DNA from: Diplonema japonicum
Taxonomy: Eukaryota > Protista > Euglenozoa: Diplonemea
Assembly (NCBI GenBank): GCA_964019335.1
Contig: OZ025699.1
Span: 124,001-188,000 of the forward strand
Direction of reading: 5' to 3'
Length of the DNA stretch: 64,000 nucleotides
How positions within the stretch are numbered: position 1 is the stretch's first letter; every line of letters begins with the position of its first letter. The translations under genes were made by a program, and so were the position numbers. The notes below the pieces were generated by a model. It saw only the letters and a list, made by a program, of their open reading frames with translations, had not been told where the DNA came from and did not search any database. Below, piece after piece: positions 10,629 to 21,600 of the stretch.

Positions 10629-11499
10629 GGTAGATGGATTCTTAGCCCACTACGGGGAAAAGACGGGGTGGAGCCTCTACAAGGAGGCTGTCGAGGACTG
10701 GAAACAGAGAAGGGCTCCACCTCCTCCTTCCGCCCTAAAGTCGAGAGATCCTCAACAACAGCAGAGCCCAGAACACTTAAAGGTTCTGGAAGAGCTACGG
10801 GGACAGCAGCAGGTGCTGCAACAACAACTGCAGATGCAACAGCAACAGCTGCAGCTCCAACACCAGCACCAACAGCAACAACCTCCGGACCAAGACAAAA
10901 TCCTGGAAATACTGAAGGGGCAGCAGCTACAACACCAGCAGCAGCAGCAACAACACCAGGAGCAGGTGCAACAATTCCAGCAGCAGCTACAAAAACAACA
11001 ACAACAACACCAGGAGCAGGTGCAGCAATTCCAACAACAGCTGCAGAATCAGCAGCAGCAGCTACAAAAACAGCAGCAGCAACATCAGGAACAGCTACAG
11101 CAACAGCAAGTAGCACACCAGGAGACGGTGAAGGGTCTCCTGGAGCTGGTAAAACAAAGCCAGCAGCAGCTGAAAAAGGACACCTCGGTGATCCAAAAGA
11201 CGCTGCACCAGTTATCACTGGGAAAAAAAAAAAGAAAAACCGCCACAGACCCCGACCAGCCCACGGTAGCCCTGCAGGACCACCCCCTCTCTCTTACGGA
11301 GTCGGAGACCGAGCAGGAGGAAACCCCATTAGGGGCGAGAAGGAGGAGGGTGCCCGAGATGCTAGAGCATCAATCGTCGAGGGAGACCCCCTACAAAACG
11401 CCGGAGGGCAGGGGTTCGGCAGGTACTGCCGAAAAGACAATCATGTCTACGAACGGGAGGAAGAAAGGCGGGAAAGGTTCCAAAGGTGTAAAGAAATAG
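10629..11499 (+). CDS. B1 ORF1 (5'-truncated; Gln-rich coiled-coil)
   Basis: FLAHYGEKTGWSLYKEAVEDWKQRR is homologous to the B2 ORF1; polyQ repeats. Confidence 0.75.
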
Positions 11500-11861
11500 T
11501 GTTAGTAAAAAACAAAAAAAAAAGAAAGTGTTTTCCCTTCCCTTTACAAATTCACAAAGCCCCACCCCCCCATTACGTCATACCCCATAAAAAAAAAATA
11601 AAAAAAATAAAAAAAAAATAAAAAAACAACATAAAAAAAAAAAAAAATTAAAAAAAAAAACAAACAAAAAAAAAAACATAAAGAACATAAACGAGCTAAA
11701 AAAAAAAAAAAAAACAACAACAAAAAAAAAAAAGAAAAACCAAAAGAAAAAAAGTTGTCAAAAGAAAAAAGGAGGACAACAACAGCAACAAAAACAACAA
11801 CAACAACAACAACAACAAGAGGTCTGCAGAACAACACAAGCACTTTGCACAAGAGAAGTAT

Positions 11862-12028
11862 GTACGACTTGGCTACTTCCCGCGGTCGAATCCTGGCCGG
11901 CCCCAACCGAGGGTGTCCACGGGGGACAAGGCGTTAGTGGTGGCGACGAGAGGTCTGTTAGGGCCGGCCCCCCCCAAGTCGTACAACCCTATCTTCGAAG
12001 ACCTGAAGGTAGGGGTGACCACATAGGC
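11862..12028 (+). promoter_or_regulatory. Conserved structured intergenic RNA (putative IRES), copy in B1
   Basis: GTACGACTTGG...CCAAGTCGTAC stem, multibranch core, 3' hairpin CCCTATCTTC/GAAGGTAGGG. Confidence 0.7.
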
Positions 12029-12100
12029 AGTGCGTTGTTCTTGCAGTACCGACCTTCGACGGCCGCTTCAATGAAGAAGAGAAGATCCGGACCACATGGG

Positions 12101-12148
12101 ATGGATATCTTGAGATGCGGCGACGTCGAACAAAACCCGGGGCCAGCC
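12101..12148 (+). other. 2A (StopGo) peptide at the start of B1 ORF2
   Basis: Translates MDILRCGDVEQNPGPA, fitting the D(V/I)ExNPGP consensus. Confidence 0.85.
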
Positions 12149-12150
12149 GT

Positions 12151-15100
12151 TGGTGGGGTGACTGAAATGGTTTTAAGTTAGGATGAAGAAGCGAAGAAAT
12201 AGATAAAAAGGGGTGGGAAAGAATAAATACTGCATACGAAAACAGAGAGTCGAGTAAAAAAGGGAAAAGGTGACTGACATCCTCAAGAGGAGCCTCCCAC
12301 GTACCAGGAATTAAGCAGAGGTTGCTTCCATGGCCCGTATCAGTCTATCGCCAGAAAGAATAATGAAAATAACATAACAAAGAGAAGGGGAGAAGAAACG
12401 GAAAAAGACGGCTTGGTCATCAGAGAATGTTGACCCAAATGTGTCGGCGGACGCAGTTTAACGTCATACCCGGGACGGAAACCATGTTGGGAAAGCAGAA
12501 GGGAAGTTAAGAGTCAAGAAGTGGAAAAGGAAAAGGTGGAAACTAAAATCATAGGGTGCGAGGTCTGTGAGACCCTGCATAGCCTATCGCCCTCGTAGCA
12601 CGCCGGGCCGGCACTCCTACATTGCGTAGGGTCGTCTCCAGTAGTTCCTAGTTGTAGGAGTTCAGCACAGTCGACCACTGTGACTCGCTGTAGTAGAGGG
12701 TCCCTGCCCCCACGAAGTCAGCGAGTAGGGCTGCCACAGTCGGATACGACTTGTCCTTGAACCCTTGGGTCTGCAACCGAAAGCCCTGTTCCTGGCGGGA
12801 AGCGTAGAGCCACGTCGAGTCATAACAGACCAGCAGACACGGGATCGCGACGCGTGTGTCGAGGGGGACCGTGACCATGGGGGTCTCACCCAGGAAGTGT
12901 GTGCAAGCCCTGGACATGCAGCTGAGGTCAAAGACGGCCTCGCCCTGGGAAAGGAAGCCCAGGTGTCGAAGCTCATCCAGGTCCTCAGGGCCGTCGACGT
13001 CTGCTTCCCTGGTGAGCCTCTTAAGGGCGACAAGTCCAGTGACTCTGGTGTTCGGCCTCGTCGCGGCGAGATCCCGTTTGGCCGCGGGAAGGGCGGGGCC
13101 GTCTTCGGGTTCCGGGCGTTTGTTCCTCTCCCCGTTGTAGGTGAGCAGGAGAGGGGTCCTCCCTGGAGTCCTAGTCTCGTCACCTCTTGGGGCCTCGGAA
13201 CCGAAGAGTGGGTGTTTCCAGCCGCCTTGGGCGAAGAACTCCGACCACCACTGTTGCTGTACCGCGGTGTTCAGCCCCGAGTGCCATTCGTGAGACAACC
13301 GAAGACGTTCGGTGGTAGGCAACGCCTTGTGCGCAATCAGAAGAAGCTGTTCCTGGTTGGCGACGGTTGCCTGTTGGTCGGCAGTTCTATCCGTGTCACG
13401 GGCCTCGAGCAGCAGTTGATGTGGAGAGGTGTCCAGGTGCATCGGGAGGGGACCGACCGACAGGAGCTGACGCTGGTGTTCGTCCAAGAGCTCCGGGTGT
13501 CGCCGGAAGTAGACCAAGAGACTGAGGTATCGATCCATCCGTCTCTGGAGGGCCCTTCGGTTGAGGGCTTCCTGATCAAAACCCTGTGACTGCTCGCGCA
13601 GGATGAGAAGATCCCCATCGCCTGTGGAGGAACTCTTACCACGACGGCTTTCGTGCTCGTAAGCAGTGCCGTCGTGCTTCTTCTTGCGCGAGGGTCTGTC
13701 CGGGGAGTCCTGCGTGAGGTCGATCATTTCTAAACCACCATCCGCCTGGTGAGGGTCTAGGGGAGCGTCTGCCTCGGCTCGGGCCACGGGCGGCTCCAGG
13801 GTCAGCGTCGTGTCTCTCTGGGCGTTGACCACCGGTTGAAGCGTCGCGTGTCCCATGGCGGGAGCCATCGGCGTATCCATCCCGAGTCCGATGTTCTCAT
13901 GGACGGACTGGATGCAAGGAGTGAGCTGTACCTGGCGGGCGCCGAGGGGGGCGTCTGCCAGAACGGGCGTTGTCACGGCTCGGGCGAGCGATGACTCCGC
14001 AGCCGACGTTGTCACAATCTGGGAGCCGACCACTGGTTGGAGTGTCGCGTGTCCCATGGTAGACGACGGCATCGGTGTGTCACTCCCGTGTCCGGTGTCC
14101 CGACGGGTGGACTGAGTGCAGGCCGCGAGCTGGGTGGATGACACGTCCGTTGGCGGTGGAAGGCATGGTGTCAACCGAGGCTCAGTAACCAGCCGCCTCG
14201 ACAGGGTCGCGCGGGGCGTCGGAATTTCGACAGACTTCGTAAGTCTGACCGCCGCGGCCGAGGGCGACCCCAGTCCGGCGTCCATCGGGGGCAGTCTACT
14301 GCTGGGAGGATCCGTCTGGAGCGTCGATGATATCGAGAACAGTACAGGTGCTGTGACACGGTCCGTCTGACAGGTTGCGACTGCTGTCTGTGGTGTAGAC
14401 TTGTGCAGACTCGAGACCTTCAGGAAGAGCGGGACAGTTCCGACCACGTTAGTCTGGCTTGCCGTAGACGTGGTGGTGACAGAGCATCCGGTGTGCACGG
14501 CTCGCGCGGCCACGGCGGCAGCTAGGGCTACGATGGCGGTGGCGACGGGCCGCCCGAAGTGAGCGGTGTGCGCATCCACACCTGATGCGGCGACTCCTGT
14601 GTCGAGCCGTCGGGTGCGTGCGGCATATGCAGCTATAGCTGCAGCTAGGGTGACATAAGTTAGGAGGGTGCGATCTTCCGGGGTGTTGAGAGCGGTCTCA
14701 GTCTTTCGCGCGCTCGAGTCGCTTACCTGGGGTGCCGCCGGGGTGATGACCGGCTCAAACTGGCGAAACTCAGCCTCAGGGTCTAGAACACGTGTGTTGT
14801 GTTTCCTGCCTGGGGTTGTCCTGGCCCACACATCGTCTGGGATGCAGAGGATGTTGTGTTCGGAGTATGTCGCGCAGATGTGTTTGAAGCTCTGGAGCCT
14901 TAGCCGTACGTCGGTGTCTTTGACCATGTACCTTCCCTTCTTCCTGAGAGCGATGAACCAGTGGCCGCTGAGACTTCGTTTCAAGGGACCAACGATCAAG
15001 CAGGGGCTTTCTTTCATGCCCGCACGGAAGACCTCCAAGTTTGCACCAACGACCATGAGGCAAGCACGTGACAAGGTCGAGCGGGAAAAGTTGCCAAGAG

Positions 15101-18100
15101 GATCGGGCGCTTCATCAGTGCTGGAAGGGGAGATGAGTCGTGAGAAGCCGTGGTACATCTCCTGGATCTCCTGCATTGTAGAGAAGGGGATGCGGTCCAC
15201 ACCAGCATAGTCCGCCAACCAGTTTATGACGGCCCAGCCGCATTCCAGGCCCAGGCGACCTTCCCCGCTGTTGGTGTGCAGGTTGATGGGGGGCGAAAAA
15301 ACCTGGTCCGTGACACCAGATGGTGAGACCACGGAGGCTGCTCGGGGTTGTGACGGTTCGACAAGACCTGAAGAGCTGTCCGAGGAACTGTCCGAGGGCT
15401 CGTCTGAGGGGCCCCCCGAGAAGGCGACTGAGGAGACGACTGAGGAGTCAGCTGAGGAGTCGTCCGAGGAGTCGTCCGTGGGAAGCGCACGGGGTTTCTT
15501 GGGGCCTATGTACGTTTTTTCCGGCAACCAAGAATCTACCGGGGCTTTGGCGTCGTATCGGTGGAGGACTTGCGTGAAGAAGGCCAGCAGGTTGCTTTTC
15601 TCCATGGCGAAGCGTCGATCCACGCGTTCGATAAGGAAGGCGTTGTACGCTTTCCGCAGGCCGCCCTTGTCGTGACCGCGATCTAGGAGCAGGTAGATCA
15701 CTGAAGCGATCTCCCGTTTGAGGTCCGCGATGTTGTTGGTCAGGGCGCAGGCACGGATGACCATGCCCTTGAAGATGCCTGGTCCCTGGGTGGTGGGCGC
15801 CGCGGTGTGCCCGTGGGTGAACCGCGTAGGCCGGAAGCGCCAGTTCTGCGCCTTATCGTTAATGCTAAGTCTAATATAGTTGTGCTTAGCTTGTTCGTGG
15901 CGCTCTATCCGGATGCGAATCCCGATAAAGGGGACGTCGCATGGGTCTGAAGAGGTCTTTACATAAGCCATGCCATAAAGCTCCTCCGGGGGTGGCGCAG
16001 TGCTCCACAACAGGAAGTCGTCGATGTAGCGACACGCGTTGCAGTAGCGTTTCAAGGTCTCCCAGTCCTCTTCGGCGAGGAGCTTGTCGATGTATGCGGC
16101 CTCCACGGCGTAGCAGAACAGGTTCGCCAGGTCGGGGGAGGCGTTCCCACCCATGGGGATACCCTTTACTTGACGAACGGCGCGGCCACCCTGCACAACA
16201 TAGGTGTTGTCAACGACGAGGTCCAGGAGCTTATGGATCCGTTCCGGGGTGTAGACATCGTCCTCGTCGGCATCTGTGAAGGAGCTCCCGTCCTTGCCAC
16301 GGGTGAGGTTCTTGCCGGTGAAGTCGAACGCTTCTTGGACTGCTTTACGAACCCCCTCTTTCAGACGCCCTTGGTCGAGGTTGGTGTACATGTCCCGGAA
16401 GTCGTACGTGGCAGGGGACAGGCTTTTGTAAGCCGTGTACTGCTGCTTGATATCCGCAGCTACGTTCTCGGCCGAGTCGACGATCCAGTACCGCTTTAGT
16501 CGGATACCGTCGGGACCGTGGGTCTTGGACCTGCCCTCCAGATCCTTGTCCAGCAGCGCGCGTTGGACAGCCTTCAGGAGGGAAGACAGTTCTAGATGGA
16601 GGGCCGTGGTGGCAGCTGTGGGTTTCTTAGCTTTATTGCCCGTTGTATCGCCGCCTGCTGCGACCAAGTTCTCCATAATTTCCTGCGTGCTGACCGCTGC
16701 TGGTTGGTCCACAGGGGGTGCATCAGTGGAGGAGACACCAGAGATCCACCTGACGCCCACTTTGTCTTTGTGTAGCTTCAGGGTACCGTACAGGTATGGC
16801 ATGCGACGTGTGGAATCGAGGTTGAAGGTCTTGGCTTGATCAGCTATTTCGGAGAAGATCGAGTCCAAGGGCTTCGAGACCGGCTCGAAAGCTTGGCTAT
16901 CAAGCTGTTGGTGCAGGATCCTGAGGTAGTGATCCTTGCAACAGACGCCAATGTCGTGGGTGCTTTTGTCTATGGGGAGGAAAACGTAGACCTCCTGAAG
17001 TTTACGGAGCTTTGTCTTGATGAACTCCGGGACTGAGGGGTCGAAGACCGGAGACTGAGTGTGGGGGTGGAGAAGGTTCTGTGCCTTGGCGAGGAGGACC
17101 TTCCGGAAGGAATCCTTTTTCACTGCAGGGGATCTCCGAAAGTTCTGAGTGATGAACCCGTTGATGTCCTCCTCGAGACTTTGGGAAGAGAGGAGGGCGT
17201 GTGTTGAGAGGCGGAACTTCATGCCTCTGTTCAGAACCTCCTTCACTTCGTCGTCATCGATGACCTCTGCTGCTAGTCCGCAGGCGTGTCCCTCATGTGT
17301 GTGTGAGGTCTTGCGCTTCGAGCAAGGGCAGTTTGTTGTAGGCTCGGCCGCTTCTGGACGCGGGGTCTCGATGCTGAGCTTCGTCACATTGCACACTGTG
17401 GCCTTGAGGGTTTGACCAAGCTTGTTGCACATGTGTACTCTGCGAAGGAGGGCTGGCTTGGGGCATGCCGCAATTACCTCCTTGTCCTCGAAGACCTTAC
17501 GCCAGAGGATCATCTCCTTGGCCTTGTGGTCAAAACTCGTTTTGAACCACACGAAGCCTTCGTCTCGGCGGACCACCTTTTTCAAGAGGGCAGGGCTGAG
17601 GCGGTTGGTGAGGCCTCGTTCGATAGCCGCGATCTTGGCGGTGAAGAAGTTCCCGACGAAGTAACGTCTCAGGAAGTTCAGGTACCTGAAGACGGTCTTG
17701 GGGGCCCAGGTAGTGAAGTCGTAGTTCAGCACATCGGGGTGTGCACACATCGCGGTGATCTTCATACACAGGGACTTGTAGTTGGACCCAGTAGCCTGGA
17801 TCGACAGCTCCCCGTCGTCGTTCAGCCGTATCGAGGGAGCGGTAGATCTGGTGGGGGTGTTGTTGGGGTTCGAAGGGGACGTAGTAGTGTTGCTGCTGGG
17901 GTCCTGTTTGGCATTCGAGCGCCCCTGGTGTTGGTGTCGCTGCTGTTGCTGCTCGCGTACCGTCTTAGGTTTACGTTTCGTGTTGCGGCGGCGACGGGTC
18001 TGCGTCTTAGCAAACCTACCACGCATGTTAAGGGAGCAAGCCAGCCTATTGATGTACTGGTTCTCCCTGGGGATCGCAACACGACGGAAGGACTTGGCGT

Positions 18101-18607
18101 CGTCGAAGAACTTGGGGTTGATCGATTCGACGGGGAAAGCGAATAACGGGCCCCCGTTTTCCCTGAGGGCCTTGTGAAAGCGGGTGTCGTTGCTTTCAGC
18201 GTTCTCTCTGTGCGATCTGGCGCTGCTCCAGTGGCCCTGCATACGACGACGTAAGGTGTTAAACGTCTGCCCTGCGTACACAGGTTCACCGTGTTTGTCG
18301 ACAGCGAGGTAGATGATACCTGCTGCGTCCTGTTCGGGGGCCTTTCCTTGGCGCATGTTCTTTACGATGCGGCTGTACTTGGCCATGAACTTGGCGGCTG
18401 CGTCCTGGCTGAGAGACTCCCAGAGGGCCCAGTCAATGCTGCCGTTGTTTCGTTTGCAGCTGACCGGGCTAGGCTTGGAGAAGTCCCGCGACTTCTTGAC
18501 TTGGTCCTTTGCCATTGTGCTAAGGAAGAAGTCCTTGCGGATCTCGTACCTGTTTTGATCTTTGCCCCAGCGGTTATCGTAGGCAGGTTGGTATCCGTGA
18601 CGATAAG
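12151..18607 (-). mobile_element. Penelope-like retroelement with N-terminal GIY-YIG (Chlamys/Naiad-type domain order), 5'-truncated
   Basis: Splits B1 ORF2 between NPGPA and VRNGWLKIVSLN; CGT on both flanks. Confidence 0.88.
12648..18515 (-). CDS. PLE polyprotein: GIY-YIG endonuclease, CxC..H linker, PLE-type RT, Josephin-like domains
   Basis: GIIYL..VYAGQT..LRRRMQGH; CPC..EGHAC; PIDKS, YGTLKLHK, YDFRDMYTNL, GIPMGGNASP, RYIDD; frame stays open upstream to the junction. Confidence 0.9.
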   Translation of the reverse strand: MAKDQVKKSRDFSKPSPVSCKRNNGSIDWALWESLSQDAAAKFMAKYSRIVKNMRQGKAPEQDAAGIIYLAVDKHGEPVYAGQTFNTLRRRMQGHWSSARSHRENAESNDTRFHKALRENGGPLFAFPVESINPKFFDDAKSFRRVAIPRENQYINRLACSLNMRGRFAKTQTRRRRNTKRKPKTVREQQQQRHQHQGRSNAKQDPSSNTTTSPSNPNNTPTRSTAPSIRLNDDGELSIQATGSNYKSLCMKITAMCAHPDVLNYDFTTWAPKTVFRYLNFLRRYFVGNFFTAKIAAIERGLTNRLSPALLKKVVRRDEGFVWFKTSFDHKAKEMILWRKVFEDKEVIAACPKPALLRRVHMCNKLGQTLKATVCNVTKLSIETPRPEAAEPTTNCPCSKRKTSHTHEGHACGLAAEVIDDDEVKEVLNRGMKFRLSTHALLSSQSLEEDINGFITQNFRRSPAVKKDSFRKVLLAKAQNLLHPHTQSPVFDPSVPEFIKTKLRKLQEVYVFLPIDKSTHDIGVCCKDHYLRILHQQLDSQAFEPVSKPLDSIFSEIADQAKTFNLDSTRRMPYLYGTLKLHKDKVGVRWISGVSSTDAPPVDQPAAVSTQEIMENLVAAGGDTTGNKAKKPTAATTALHLELSSLLKAVQRALLDKDLEGRSKTHGPDGIRLKRYWIVDSAENVAADIKQQYTAYKSLSPATYDFRDMYTNLDQGRLKEGVRKAVQEAFDFTGKNLTRGKDGSSFTDADEDDVYTPERIHKLLDLVVDNTYVVQGGRAVRQVKGIPMGGNASPDLANLFCYAVEAAYIDKLLAEEDWETLKRYCNACRYIDDFLLWSTAPPPEELYGMAYVKTSSDPCDVPFIGIRIRIERHEQAKHNYIRLSINDKAQNWRFRPTRFTHGHTAAPTTQGPGIFKGMVIRACALTNNIADLKREIASVIYLLLDRGHDKGGLRKAYNAFLIERVDRRFAMEKSNLLAFFTQVLHRYDAKAPVDSWLPEKTYIGPKKPRALPTDDSSDDSSADSSVVSSVAFSGGPSDEPSDSSSDSSSGLVEPSQPRAASVVSPSGVTDQVFSPPINLHTNSGEGRLGLECGWAVINWLADYAGVDRIPFSTMQEIQEMYHGFSRLISPSSTDEAPDPLGNFSRSTLSRACLMVVGANLEVFRAGMKESPCLIVGPLKRSLSGHWFIALRKKGRYMVKDTDVRLRLQSFKHICATYSEHNILCIPDDVWARTTPGRKHNTRVLDPEAEFRQFEPVITPAAPQVSDSSARKTETALNTPEDRTLLTYVTLAAAIAAYAARTRRLDTGVAASGVDAHTAHFGRPVATAIVALAAAVAARAVHTGCSVTTTSTASQTNVVGTVPLFLKVSSLHKSTPQTAVATCQTDRVTAPVLFSISSTLQTDPPSSRLPPMDAGLGSPSAAAVRLTKSVEIPTPRATLSRRLVTEPRLTPCLPPPTDVSSTQLAACTQSTRRDTGHGSDTPMPSSTMGHATLQPVVGSQIVTTSAAESSLARAVTTPVLADAPLGARQVQLTPCIQSVHENIGLGMDTPMAPAMGHATLQPVVNAQRDTTLTLEPPVARAEADAPLDPHQADGGLEMIDLTQDSPDRPSRKKKHDGTAYEHESRRGKSSSTGDGDLLILREQSQGFDQEALNRRALQRRMDRYLSLLVYFRRHPELLDEHQRQLLSVGPLPMHLDTSPHQLLLEARDTDRTADQQATVANQEQLLLIAHKALPTTERLRLSHEWHSGLNTAVQQQWWSEFFAQGGWKHPLFGSEAPRGDETRTPGRTPLLLTYNGERNKRPEPEDGPALPAAKRDLAATRPNTRVTGLVALKRLTREADVDGPEDLDELRHLGFLSQGEAVFDLSCMSRACTHFLGETPMVTVPLDTRVAIPCLLVCYDSTWLYASRQEQGFRLQTQGFKDKSYPTVAALLADFVGAGTLYYSESQWSTVLNSYN

Positions 18608-18608
18608 C

Positions 18609-21600
18609 GTGAGGAACGGGTGGCTCAAGATAGTCTCACTCAACGTAAGGTCCCTCAGAGCTAGGAAGGCCGAAATAGAGAGGGCTATCGATGAAATGGC
18701 GCCGGACATCCTGTGTCTCCAAGAGACACACCTTACATCAGACGATGACATGCATGGATGGTTCGACGGGTACAAAGCCTTTCGGAGGGACAGGACGAGG
18801 CCGAGAAGAAGAGGATTCCCCATTAAGGGCGGCGGCTTGTTGACACTCGTGAAGGAAGGCATCAGCGCCAGCAGGGTTTCAGCGAAGGAGAGCAGGGACG
18901 TGACAGAGAGGCTGGACGTGAAGATCTACCCACCGGGACAGAAAGAGATTCTCCTAGTGAACATTTACCTCCCACCGACATCACCGTCAGATCCCAGCGA
19001 TGACAGACCTGCCATCGACTCATACTTCAACCCGTACTCACTTCCTACTGGAGACAATACCCTGATCATGGGGGACTTCAACGCCCATCACCCACTGTGG
19101 GATGGAAGGAAGAAAAAAGAAGACCCTATAGGAAGCAAAATCGCAGCGTGGATGGTCGATAAAGGGATGAGACCCTGGAACGACAGATATAAGCCCACAC
19201 TCCTTAACACAAGAGGGACACTATCCTCGCCAGACTTGGTTATAAGCGGACCTGACATGGAATCTACATCCTGGACAACCCTAGAGTCATGGGGTTCCGA
19301 CCACATTCCCATGTCCATCGAAATCAGAACCAAGTTTGAAGTCAAGACGACAGAAAGGAGATTCTGCTTCAAAAAAGCGGATTGGGCTGGCTTCAGGGAT
19401 TATCTTGAGCACGCCCTAAGGCACCTGCAGAGAACAGGTGACCCCGTGAAATTGAACAAACAGTTCACGAACGCGATCAAAGAAGCCGCCAGGCTCTTCA
19501 TACCGAGAGGTGGAGCAAGAGGTGGGAAAGCGTGGTGGACAGAAGAACTAACGCAGTTAGTTGCTCAGCGGAACGCTCTGAAAAAGGAGATAATGTCAGA
19601 CATTGGCATCCCCTCGACTGAACAGTGCGAAAGACTCGGAGAAATCAGCCGACAAGTGCAGGAACAAATCGTCGTAGGAAAGAAAAGAGCGTGGGCTGAG
19701 TACACGAAGGAATTGTCACAGAAGAAAGACCTGGGGCATGCTTTCAGGACGATAAAGACGCTCGATGGTAGGAAGGGCAAAGAACCTGTGGCGCCGCTGA
19801 TGGCTGGTGAAAGATTACACACCACAGCGACAGAGAAGGCAGACGCACTGGTGGACCACTACGCGGAGGCATTTGCACCGCAACTGAACAAGGACACCAA
19901 GAGAATGCTGGAAAGAGTAGAACGACTAACCAAGGAAAACGGTGGTCGGAATAACAGGACCGAGTGCCCCGATATAAGCATCGACGAATTGAAGTACGCA
20001 CTGAGGCAACTTAAAAAGGGGAAGTCCCCAGGCCCTGACGGTGTGTACAACGAGATGTTAAAGCACCTCGGGGAAACGGCCCTGGACGCGATGCTGCATC
20101 TCTTCAATATGTCGTGGGAGAAGGGTGTAGTTCCGTCGGATTGGAAATACACACACATCGTCCCGCTCTTCAAAGGCAAAGGAAAGCTGAAGAGCGAACC
20201 GGCATCGTACAGGCCGATCTCATTAACCTCGGGAATTTCAAAGACAATGGAGAGGATAGTGAAGATCAGGATCGACTACCACCAAGACGTGGGCGATGTA
20301 AAGAAGGTTCACAAAATGCAGTCAGGTTTCAGGAAGGGGCGTTCCACTGAAGAGAACGTCTTGCAGGTTACAACGAAACTAGATCGCATCAGAGGAGACG
20401 AGTTCTGCGGGGGTCTCCTGCTCTTTGACCTGAAAGGGGCTTTTGATACAGTCTGGCATAAAGGCCTGAACGCAAAGCTGAGATACAGCAAGTACCCGCA
20501 GAGGATAACGAACTGGGTCGCTGCCTTCCTGGACCAAAGGGTTGCAGCCGTCAAGGTGGACGGCAAGATAGGGAAACAAAGGCAGATAAAAGGAGGGGTT
20601 CCACAGGGGACGATCCTGGCTCCGACCCTCTTCTCATTATATATGGACGACCTGTCAGCGATTTTCGCAAAGGAGGGAATTGACGCTGTGATGTACGCAG
20701 ACGACATCGCGGTGGTGGTTCATGAGAAAGATGTTGAGAAACTGAACGAGAAGCTGTCGAGGGTCCTGAGGATCGTGGAGACTTGGTGTTCCTGGAACTC
20801 GATGGTGATATCAAAAGACAAGACAGAGTTCTTGCCAGTAGCGGGCATCTCATATCCCCAAAGGACCCTAAAAGGGAAGATATCGGCAACCTTTGCGGGG
20901 GGGGAAGAGCTCAGGGTAGTTGAAAAAACAAAGCTGCTCGGAGTCACGTTTGAGGAAGACATGTTTTTCGCCGCACATACGGCAGACGTCTTGAGAAGGG
21001 CGGAAAGCAGAGTCAGGCTACTGAGAAGACTGGCAGGGACGAAGTGGGGTTGCAAGAAAGTGGTAATGAGGGCACTCTACCTCACGTACGTACAGCCAGT
21101 TTTCCGTTACTGTCTGGGGGCGTACGGACCTTTCGTGATAGGCGGGAGGGGCACGTACCACGAAGGAATCCAGAAGCTGCAGTACCGGGCAGCTTTAACG
21201 ATCACAGGATGTGTAGCGACATCAGAGACATTCGCTACACTAAACGAGGCTGGCTTGTGGACACTCGATGCGCTGATCGAACACGACAGTTTACTGCTGT
21301 ACGAGTCCATCATTAGGAAGGAGAACACAGCTGCCTTTCAAGCTACACAACCCCTGAAGGATCTGACCAGATACGAGGTACTGTTCCCGAAGAAAACATG
21401 GTCAGATCGACAAAGGGAAGCAGCCAGGGCCTACAAGCTCCCAGAGAGAGCGGCAACACCATTCTCAGGTTATGCCTTTGAGAAGAAGTACAGAGTTACA
21501 CCTTGGCAGAGATTCGAGGGTAAACTGATACTGGCCCCCTTCCTCGACATACATGTGAAGAGATCGGACACCAGTGAAGTCAGAAGGAAAGCAACAGAGG

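Noticed and set aside
12390-12445. Minus-strand CTGATGA in the PLE 3' region as a hammerhead ribozyme
   Set aside because: No stem II followed by GAAA could be found
18291-18608. First ~106 aa of ORF 18291-22481
   Set aside because: Antisense PLE sequence; the true N-terminus (2A) lies at 12101-12150
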